Assembly (NCBI GenBank): GCA_002633005.1
Contig: NMRA01000572.1
Span: 134,534-198,533, forward strand
Origin: Phoronis australis
Lineage: Eukaryota; Animalia; Phoronida
Length of the DNA: 64,000 bases
Direction: 5' to 3'
Within the stretch, counting starts at the first letter, position 1. Every line of letters starts with the position of its first letter. Shown here one piece after another: positions 24,877 to 34,901 of the stretch. The translations under genes were made by a program, and so were the position numbers. The notes below the pieces were generated by a model. It saw only the letters and a list, made by a program, of their open reading frames with translations, did not search any database and had not been told where the DNA came from.

Positions 24877-26192
24877 CACCAGCAGCACAAGTTAATGACG
24901 AAATTGAGTTTATAAAGATGAGATACAAGTCACCTTCTAAGAAACTGAATCGCAGCAAAGTTTATGAGACGACATCATTTCCTGCCGAGACCTCTCCTAC
25001 AACACCTGAACCTCCTCCGCGTCAGCCTATAGAGCGCAACGCTGTGCATCCAGAACGACGCAGCCACCGAAGTAGTAAACGACCACAGAAAAAGTCTACG
25101 AGTACCCCTCTAAAACTCCCCTCAAAGGCACCAAGCCGAACCTCCATTTGGAGTAAAGGTTCCTCAACGCCCAATGAGAATTCGCGGACAACTAACGACC
25201 AACCCAAGAATCTACCATGGGTTCACATCGCTCCATCGCCGCAGCGAGGCGGCACAGACATCAACACTTCGTTGGACTCGGAATCGTCTCCCCCTGCCTA
25301 CGATAGTCATGAGGAGTATAACCCTCGGCTGGCAAATGGTGCTCCAACAAACAGGAATAATAGTGCTCAGCCTACTAATAGGATTTCACATCAGCCTTCC
25401 GTCCAGTCAACTCGCCAATCATCACATGACTATCCTGTCGAGCCTCCTCGGCCTGTCTCCTATAAGCCCTCCGTACCACCGGTAGTTCCTCCTGTTGTGA
25501 AGCCGCCGTACAAACCCATCGAACCCCCAAGACCATATCAACTATCTTCTGAACCACCAAAACCACGTGCTCCTTATGTCCGAACAGGTAGTTCTGGACG
25601 TTCCAAACGAAAGGATCGACCACCATTACACGCAGCAGTTGCACCAGTTGGTGCTAATCGAAAATTGGACTACATAGGTGGCAATGACCCCCTGTCTAGA
25701 GGTGGCAATGACCCCCTCCCAAGAGATGGCAATGACCCCCTCCCTAGTTATCGCTCAGAAAACAGACAACCCAGTTATGCAGGCAGTCGCGACTCATATA
25801 CAGAGAGTCTTCCGTCGTTTCCAGAACAAAGAGCATACAGCTATACAGATCGCGAGTTGCCTCTGCCACCACCCCCTAGTGATCTTGATAACAATTACGA
25901 TGGCACTGACCATAGCTCAGGCATACATAGAGCACCACCTAATCCAAATGAATTAAGCCAATATGATTGGCAACAGAGACCTCCTGTGGCCAGCAATCCA
26001 CTGTATTTGGAGGCAAATCAACATAGTCGGTACCCACCTCCAGTGGTAAATCCTAACAACCGCTACAATCCTTCACTTGTGAGTGGAGGTACAAGGCATA
26101 ACCGTTATGCACAACAGGATAGCCGAACAAGTGATGAAAGCGTTCATTCTGGGAATGTCTATTTCAGGGGGCAAGGTGCTAGTCATGTTTGA
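24877..26192 (+). CDS. Large terminal coding exon, Pro/Ser-rich disordered region, probably the long cytoplasmic tail of the NKAIN gene
   Basis: About 438 open codons after a tttcag| acceptor, ending TGA; raised GC; PPAY and LPSY motifs. It is on the same strand downstream of the NKAIN exons. Its phase (1) does not match the phase-2 end of exon 11107-11191, so linkage needs an unseen exon and is inferred. Confidence 0.75.
25677..25748 (+). repeat. Coding 24-bp tandem repeat x3 (GGNDPLSR/GGNDPLPR/DGNDPLPS)
   Basis: ggcaatgaccccct is repeated at 24-bp spacing. Confidence 0.9.
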
Positions 26193-27756
26193 TTGAAAGA
26201 TAGTGATACATTTAGAAACGAGGCAAAACTCCATATTGTGTGCATACATGGTATTGTGGGAGAAGACATGATTAAGAGAAATATTTTAACTCATTGAGAG
26301 GTATCACATTTTATCTCTCTATGTACTTCACATTGAAGAAACTGAGGACATACCAGACTTTGAAATGACATAATTACTTGGGTATTTTATAAATAATAAG
26401 TTAATTACCTTGTTGTTTAAGGAAAAGAAAGTTTGAGTTGTCTTTTATATTGATTCTTATATAGCACCTCCAAGGACAGGAACTTATTCTGATTCAAACT
26501 GTGTGAAATGTCAGTTTCTTTTGTTACAACTTGACTGTAATTAGTTGTCTTCTGCTTAATTAAGAAAGTGTTGAAGTTTGATTTATGATTAAGATGCACT
26601 AGATTTTTAGACAAATTTTAAAAATTATTGCATATCATCTCCAACATTCTGTATTGAGCTGTATCCAGATGGCAGGTTGCCTAGAGCAACTCGTCTGGGG
26701 ACATCTTGATTCCAATCGCCAATGTCCAGAAAGCATATCTGCCACTGGTGGAAGTGGTTGCATGTTGAATGTGCTCGTGTGAACTGTGCAAGCAGGTGAC
26801 ATAATTACATTTCCTCCTTGACACTTCGTGTATTCACAGGAGTACTTATGCCAGAACAAGATGGTCTGGTGCAAATTGCTCTACCATGAAAAGGTATTAA
26901 GTTGGGCTGGTTCAATGTTTCTCCAGGGGCAGTTTCACTTAAATGTCATGGCTGTACAACATATTAACATGGAATCTAAATGGAGGTTTGCAAGTTGAAG
27001 CATGTTATTCAGTTGCTGGGGCTTTGTTGCTTTGAGTGATCTTGGTCCTGGGAAAATTTACATTTGGGCAACTTGCTGTCTTCACTTGGGATTGTTTAAA
27101 TACCTGTACACAGTTTTAGTTGAACGTTAGTTTAGTGGTTTTTATTTGCCTGGTGTTGTTAGAAAGGGTCTTGTACTGTCATGAACTTGTTGCGACTTCA
27201 AAATTCCAGTGAAACCAGAAATGAAAATGAACAATGCATAAAGTAAATTGTCAATTTTATTGTTGCTAACTTTTAATGTGGGTGTAAGTTATAAGCTTTT
27301 GCATTCAAGATGCCTGGTGAAAAGTTGATTTAAATTTTGTCTAAATGCTCAATGTGCTCTAAAGTTTTTATTTTTACTGCATATGAATTTTGGTGGATTT
27401 ATTGCTTCTGTAAATACATTTTCTCACCTAAATGAGGCTCCCAATGAATAGAATGGTTAGATTAGATCGGATCAGACGCTGTAGTGTAGTAATATTATTC
27501 TAGCAAGTTTGTGCACTTTATACTACTACTTTGTCCAATTCATGTTATAATGTCCATAAAGAAATATACAGTTAAAATTTCATTTCAAAAGAGATTATTG
27601 TTGAAAGAATGGTAAGATTAGAGCTTGCCCATGGGACTCTAACATGAAAGTGCAGGCTGTTGTACTTTATTTAAAAGCATACTAAGCCCTGCTTTGGTGA
27701 TTTCAGTCAAGGCCTCCTGCCACCTGCTAAAGCATCCCTCACTGGCGTCCCACATG

Positions 27757-28664
27757 TATAGGGGGGCCCAGGCCCCCCCCCCTTGGCTGCCGCAAAAAAA
27801 TAAAACACCAAGAGCGTAGGGAAATGTTTAGTTTATTAATTAACCTCGGTAATTAAAATTATATGGCTGAAACAAGGTTTAAATGTGTGCAGTTTTAATG
27901 TTTTGGGGAGCTCAGATCCAATTTCAAGTGTCAAATTCGGAACACGGCGCAATCGTAACGGAGCTTTGACTAAGTATAGGCTCTCCCGCGATATCCTAGG
28001 CGACCGGCAGTGGCGCTGGGCACTACGACTCCGTTTCCGTCGTCTGCTCCACTGTGCAATGAAGAAAATTGCTTCATTTTTTAAAGAAAATGGAATCTGA
28101 GTGATGGTGAAAAAAACAGAAGCTGTTGGTAAGATGTCAATTTTAATCGAAGCCTTAGTTAATCACTCAGAAACTCATAATTCTCTCTTTGCCAAACCTT
28201 AACTTAAGACGATTTCCAAGGCAATCACGTCATTATTATTGCCAACACAACAAAACGGATTTGGTCTTTTGGGCAATTGAAGACTATTTTAAATACAACA
28301 AATTTGTTACGAACTGATTGCTCAAAATATAAAACATGTAATAAGCATTACAAAAAGAAGGTCTCGCGCGCCAACACTGTGGAGCACAAACAAGTAGGTC
28401 TCTTAGTACCAAATTGGGAGTAAATCGTGGTGGTAAAGCACGCGCGCTCTATCCGCTAGGTCGCGAGTTCGAGTCTGTGATGCTTGTAGTTTTTCCTGGT
28501 TGACACCTTCCTCTTTTTTGCCTTTTTTCTTGGATAATACTTCGGGAATCAAGGAAAATGCTTGATTTTTAGAGGAAAAAACAGAAAAATTTCCTGGGCG
28601 GGAGGGGGGCAAACCCAGACAAAATGTTGCCCCCCCCCCTTGTGATATCCTAGATCCGCCACTG
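27757..28664 (-). mobile_element. MITE (about 0.9 kb) with 5-bp TSD ACATG
   Basis: ACATG at 27752-56 and 28665-69; terminus ..GATCCGCCACTG; inverted homologue at 30083-31103. Confidence 0.85.
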
Positions 28665-29787
28665 ACATGAGTGATAAAAGGAGAATTCAAGCAAAAAAAT
28701 ATATTCTCTCTGAGTCACAAATTCGATATCATGGTTTTTGATGGGTGGTCTTCAGTCCCTACACTTTTGTTGTCTAACTTCACTAAAATGTAGCTCACGC
28801 TTGCTCATGTAGCAGACTTTCTAAGGAGTTAACAAATTTTAGTGCAAGTTTTTTTAGTTTTGTCGAGGGTTACAGAGCACTATTTTGTTTAAGAGAGAAA
28901 GTTGTTTTCAGTATCGGTTAATAGGCCAAAACTGGGTTCCGGTGCTGAAAAATTACAGTTTCCGAAACTTCAGAGCAACCCTAGTTCTGATACCCGAAGG
29001 GCTGTCATCTTTTCAAGCAGGGTGTGTGGATGCTTTTCCGAGTCTGGGGGGTTCGAACGAACCCTCCCTTCGCGGAAAGGGTCCAGCCCCAGCCTGTCCG
29101 TTAAAGATAGAGAATCACAGATGGACAACAACAAAATTGTTGCAGTTTCTGGTTCTACTAACTACAGTGATAAATAAGTTAGTAATGATTTTGAATTTGC
29201 TTCTGATTCAAAGCGCTTCACGTAATCATCGGGCCGTACGTACCGGCCAACTTCGCCCAAGTGGTATTTGCGTAGATGAAAGGATCGTGCAGACGATTAG
29301 AGGAGGACTTATGTTACTCATCGGCATTGACCACACGTTGTGGTTACACCGTAGGGTAAGAAGGGAGCCTAGAAGTGTCTAAGCTATACAGCAGCGAGAG
29401 AGCTCCCAAAATGTCACAGTGTGGTGTGAATGCCTTAAAAATGATCGACCTAGAAAGAAAGCAGAAGAAAATAGGTTTATCTGATTGCTTGCTAGCATAG
29501 TACGGTAAAGCCGGGCAGGCGTTTTCAAATTTGGAATTGAAAGTGTTCGTCATATACAGGTATGTTTTTCATCTAGTGTCCAATTCCATTGTGGATTGGT
29601 GGATTGACATGCATGCGTGTACACGTGTGTACGTTTCCGTCCTTTTAAATTCAGTACAAGCCGAAAGAGACGGCACCGACGAGTACGTTCACATTGTTTG
29701 AGAAAAGTAGATCTAGACCCAATAAAAACTTTGGTCAATGGTGATTCTCTTGCCAATAGCAACTAACTTAATGAAAAAGATTTCCAA

Positions 29788-31822
29788 GGTTAGATGCCAC
29801 AATTCCGAAGGTTCGCTACTCCGAAAGTCCACTACTCCGAAGGTTTCCACCTTCGAAAGTTCACTATTCGAATGTCCAAAATCAGAACTCTGACAGTTAC
29901 TTTTTCTTAAATATAAGCACAGCTCCAGGAGTCGCTTTTGCATTATATCCAGGTTCTAATTGACACCCTTGCTATATTCACTAGTTAAGATGAGAAAGAG
30001 ACACCTTTGTGCAGTACTCGACGATTGCCAGTCGGTAAAACCAGGAGTCCCGACCTCAAACCACTGAGCCACACAGTTTATTCAGTGGCGGATCTAGGAT
30101 ATCACAAGGGGGGCCCAACATTTTGTCTGTAAACATTTTGTCTAAGCACGATTGTAGGTGTGCATAGCACCGAATAGGGGGAGGTCGGGAGGGGGCAATC
30201 CCCCCTCCCTCCCAGGAAGTTTTCTGTTTTTTCCTCTAAAAATCAAGCATTTTCCTTGATTCCCGATGTATTATCCAAGAAAAAAGGCAAAAAAAAAGAA
30301 AAATACGAAGAATGTGTCAACCAGCAAAAACCGCAAATACCAAGGATTCGAACTCACGACATTGCTAGCAAAGCGGGCGTGCTTTATCCCTGCACCACCA
30401 CGATTTAACCCTAAACTTGACACTAAGAGACCTACTTGTTTATGGTCCACAGCGTTTGCGCGCGAAAACGCCTTCTTTTTGAAATGCTTATTACATGTTT
30501 TTTGTGAAATCAGTTCGTAACAAATTCGTTGTATTTAAAATAGTCTTCAATTGCTCAAAAGACCAAATCCGTTTTTTGTGTTGGCAATAATGACGCGATT
30601 GCTTTGGTCTTGGAAATCGTCTTTTAAGTTAAGGTTTGACAAAGAGAGAATTATGAGTTTCTGAGTGATTCGCTGAAGCTTCGATTAAAATTGACATCTT
30701 ACTAGCAGCTTCTGTTTTTTCACCATCACTCAAATTCCAGTTTCTTTAAAAAATGAAGTAATTTTCTTCATTGCACAGTGGAGCAGACGACGGAAACGGA
30801 GTCGTAGTGCCCAGCGCCACTGCCGGTCGCCTGAGATATCGCGGGAGAGCCTATACTTATCCATAGTTCCGTTGCGATTGCGCCGTGTTCCGAATTTGAC
30901 ACTTGAAATTGGATCTGAGCCCCCCCCCCCCAAAAAAAAATTAAAACTGCACACATTTAAACCTTGTTTCAGCCGTATAATTTTAATTACCGAGGTTAAT
31001 TAATAAATTCAACATTTCCCTACGCTCTTGCTGTTTTATTATTTTTTGCGGCAGCCAAGGGGAGGGGGCCGGGCCCCCTGGCCCCCCCCTAAATCCGCCT
31101 ATGTCATTACTGTGATTGTCTGCTAACAAGTCGAAACAAACATGAATAAATTATTGTATTTGTGTTCATTTAGTAACCATTTAAAGGGTGTGCAAAGTTG
31201 ATTAGTTCTTAATACATTTATTTCATTGTTCGGATCCAATCACTGCCAAACGTTATTTTTGAATCTAACTAACGACTCATTCTCAAGCATGGACAACATC
31301 TGGGGCACGGGTCAGGGCTGCGGTGACTTTGCTCACTGACTTCGTGAAGACTGGAGGGTGCAGGGTAGCTTGCTTGCTACATTTAGTTTCGACCCCCCCC
31401 CCCCGNCCCCCCCCCCGTGTGCGTTGCTCCGGTGGGTGCCGAGGTTCAGGCGCAGCGGCCCTAAACTTTTTTGTCGTGCTGTGAAATGATGCTAGCTTGA
31501 CATGGATTTGATGAATGTATCGTGGTTGATAATTCATCAATATTCCCACTCCATATTTTTAAAATACAATAATGTTTTCATTTTTCCGTGTTCGTAAGAC
31601 ACGAAGACAATTTCGCATGCGCATGAAATGAACACAAAGTGCTTTAGTACCCGGGCGTTGTTTTCGGTAGGTACACCGTTCAGTGTATGTATCATTAATT
31701 TTTGTTTGTAAGTGTAAACCTTCAACATGAGTTGAAAAAGTTAGATATTTTCGTAGTAGTGAACCTTCAAAACAGTGAACCTTCGGAATGGCGAACCGAA
31801 TGGTGAGTAGTGGACTGTTTCC
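29788..31822. mobile_element. Non-autonomous TIR element with GG..CC ends, 8-bp TSD and 15-bp subterminal repeats (Merlin- or MULE-like)
   Basis: ATTTCCAA at 29780-87 and 31823-30. CCGAAGGTTCrCTAyT repeats occur at 29800-29875 and inverted at 31755-31815. Confidence 0.7.
30083..31103 (+). mobile_element. MITE, same family, TSD TTATT/TCATT
   Basis: CAGTGGCGGATC ... ATCCGCCTATG termini; colinear with the reverse complement of 27757-28664. Confidence 0.85.
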
Positions 31823-32176
31823 ATTTCCAACGACGTAAGCAACTTGAGTAACGCGCAAAAATGTAACTAGATACAGATTTCGTCAAGTTATTCTCCGACT
31901 ATAAATTTCTGTCCGAGTAGGTGTGATCGCTCATTTAAGCAGGCCTGATTTTAAAATTTGGCTGGAAGTAACGCGAGAAAGTTTTGGACCACATTACATC
32001 CAAATTGAGCCCCGTTCTTTGTGAGCAACCGTCATGGAATCCTCATCACTGGTATTACTAATTCCGTCTCATCTCAAAAACATAGAGCCGAGAGTCATCG
32101 TTGTGCATAAACTGTGTTAACTGGGGTCCTCAATGAAAACTCCAGTGTCGACGTTTGCAAACTATCAAAGGTCCAC

Positions 32177-32248
32177 CATAGGCGGCGCACCATCGGGGCT
32201 GGGGGGGGGGCTTTAGCCCCCACTTTTTTCAGTGGTGCGCCGCCCATG
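32177..32248. mobile_element. 72-bp mini-MITE with 5-bp TSD TCCAC
   Basis: CATAGGCGGCGCACCA / TGGTGCGCCGCCCATG TIR, with TCCAC on both sides. Confidence 0.85.
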
Positions 32249-33810
32249 TCCACCGTTCGAGAAATTCGAACCGCCCCCTGCGCAATGTTGGTTTCGGGCT
32301 GATGGCTAGAATGAAAAATTACGAGCCAAGGTTATACCGAGGAGCATATGCTTGCTGGTCCCGGTGAGGTTCATCTTGTCATCAATAACTACACCAAAAC
32401 CAAAGCATCGTAGTTACTCTGCGCGTGCAAGCGCAGAGTACTGTTGTTCCTGGGTTTTCTTCAATCTTATTCTTATTCTTCTTCCGACCAAATTTGAGGC
32501 TTAATAACTCCAAAATCAATGCAGGTATGTTCTTTACATTCCGCATGTGGTTTTTGGCAGTACATAAATTTTTATTCGTTATATAATCGCCCCAAAACTT
32601 GCAATAACTTTACACTGCTTGCCCCGATTTTGATACTTTTTCGATTTTTACTGAGAAGAATGTACTACCTTTCCGATGATAGCAAAGTACTTTTTCAAAA
32701 CGAGAAAAAAAAAATAAAACCGAAAAAACTTGGTTAGACCCATATTGGTTCCTGCGTTCGACCGACCGGCCTACGTAAGGAACTAAATACCAATGCCATT
32801 TTAACATACTAAGTACGCGTAACATTTCAAAAAAATTCAACGACCACTAACTACAAACTATAAATACACTACATATGCAAACGAATCACGAGATATTACT
32901 AATGAAACCATAGCACATTCAGTTACAAGGAAAAAATGGCGGCGTTCAGGACAAGTTCCTGAACTGATAAGCCGGAAATGTGGGTACGGAAATAACCGAT
33001 GACAGCCGGTAATTATACGCTCACAGAGAAGGGTCAAATACTGTTAAAAATCGCTTTTGGCAAGAAAGGCGAAAAGAATATAAAGAAGGGTGTCGAAAAT
33101 AAGATTTTATGTAGTAAGTATTTTCGGATACTGGAACCACTTGGGCAGTTTGAGAGAAGGACTCTAACCACAGTTTTAATCGAGTTAACAATTACTCCGT
33201 CATCGGGGCTCATAATGCACCGGAAGAGGTCAATTAGTGGATAGGTGATCAAAAAATTAATATGTAATTTCTCCTACAATTTTGAAGAATTCCTTTTCAT
33301 ATTGGTAAACGGGTTGCTGTCAGTAACTTCCCATAATAATTCCAGTAATAGGCCCGCGCAGAGTTCGTTATTGTCACGCGTGTAAGCGCAGAGTACTGTT
33401 GTTCCTGGGTTTTCTTCAATTTTATTCTTATTCTTCTTCTTATTCTTATTCTTCTTCCGACCAACTTTGATGCTTAAAGGCGAAGGCAACTTTTTCCATG
33501 TCATTTTGAGCTAAAATAAGGTTGGTTGGTTATCCTAGACATATTTTCCACTTAATTACAGCTTTTCGTAATTTTACAAATTACTCGTCCGCTACTCCGG
33601 AAGTGACGTTTTAGGAGGCAAGCGTTTCCCGCCACTTGGTTTTGCGTTGACTTTACCGTGCGAATCTGTTCTATTCTACTTTTGTTTTGTGCTGTTTTTC
33701 AACAATTGTCGCCACCACTTTCCATCGGCGAGTATTCTGCTGCAAGATAGGTTAGTAGAGAACTCAACTACGTTGGATTTAGGGATTGTTTAGTGTGTTG
33801 TAAGCTGAAA

Positions 33811-34206
33811 ATGGCTGGAGTCGGTGACCCGTATCACAGTGACAGTAGTGTGAGTGACGGAGACCTTGTTCACAGCAGTGGTGACGAGGAATTTTTTCAC
33901 GGACATTCAGTGGGTGGGTACATGTTTGAGCCCGAGTATAACGAGGCAGAGTACGCACAGGCACAGGCAGCTGTTGAGAGAAACGAGGCGGCTACTGAGG
34001 ACAGACGTGGTGACACATCTTGGTGCAAATGCACTGTGTGCGTTGTTATGCCTACCTCAATGGAATGCTTGTGCTGTTCAGAGTTCGACGAGGCCAAGCC
34101 ACTACTGGACATGGTTAAGTGGACCTCCGGCATACCACGGACAGAGGAACAACTGTCCCACTTGCCAGAGTGTCCCGCGACACACTCCCACTGGATGGTG
34201 ACCTGA
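33811..34206 (+). pseudogene. Truncated KolX accessory protein (Cys-rich, P2X7-ballast-like Zn motif)
   Basis: Acidic N-terminus, YMFEPEY, then WCKCTVCVVMPTSMECLCCSE. The C-terminus is lost at the internal deletion and the frame runs into antisense transposase sequence. Confidence 0.8.
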
Positions 34207-34901
34207 GCACCCAAACTGCTTACACCGCCGGTGTCGTGTGACTCCCTCGCCACACACCTGGCACCTTCTAAATAGCTCCAATACTTTAGACAAGTCCACA
34301 ACAAACTTATCAAAGTTTGGCTCACCGATCTGTTCACTGGACGACGAACTGTCCTCTTCACTTGGTGTCGAACTGAGCCTGTAATCACTCCCACTACTAA
34401 ATATCGCTGCAGGGCTGCTTAGAGGCTGGAGAAAACAGCACAGGGCGAATCACTACTGGTTCCAGGAATTGCACGCTCTGGGGTACGGTCGGAGGCACGG
34501 GTGACAGTAGATGAAGTGCCTCCACTGGCTCCAGTCACTGTACTGGCCACAGCTCGCGAGGCTTCTCGCTTCAAAAACGCACTTCTCGGGGGTGGCGACG
34601 GGGCACTGCGGGGAATCAATACAGACGGAATGGCATCCTTCTTCAGACGTTGTTTCGCAGGTACCTTCATCAGTTCAGCGTACAAATCCCGTTCGTAATC
34701 GGACGGCAGAAAGTGCTTGCCACACATACGGTAATTCTCCACTGCTTAGTACGTTGCGTGGACGGGTAACGCTGCGTTCTTCACACGAATGAGCCAAGTA
34801 CGGCGAAGTGTGTCATCCATCGGAAAGCGATGCAAAGGTACTCCCAAAGCGCGCGTGAGCCGATAATTAGTACATCCTGGTACGCAGCAACAGTGTGGCA
34901 T
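34110..34901 (-). pseudogene. Kolobok transposase N-terminus: full THAP domain plus zinc-finger region; catalytic DDE core deleted
   Basis: MPHCCCVPGCTN..LHRFP..RRTWL..*..RMCGKHF..LKKDAIPSV is a C2CH THAP with an AVPTIF-like box. Frameshifted KFVVDLSKVLELFRRCQVC and WECVAGHSGKWDS follow. Confidence 0.88.

Noticed and set aside
28420-28490. Functional tRNA gene
   Set aside because: No convincing acceptor or anticodon stems, and the two copies differ by indels; treated as tRNA-derived.
30035-30075. SINE head (minus-strand GTGGCTCAGTGG A-box)
   Set aside because: No B-box at a suitable distance.
27757-31103. Single composite transposon with 0.9-kb TIRs
   Set aside because: Each arm has its own 5-bp TSD and the right arm is nested within another element.
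31313-31463. Small CAGGGC..GCCCTA MITE
   Set aside because: The TIR is short and no TSD is visible; possibly real but unsupported.
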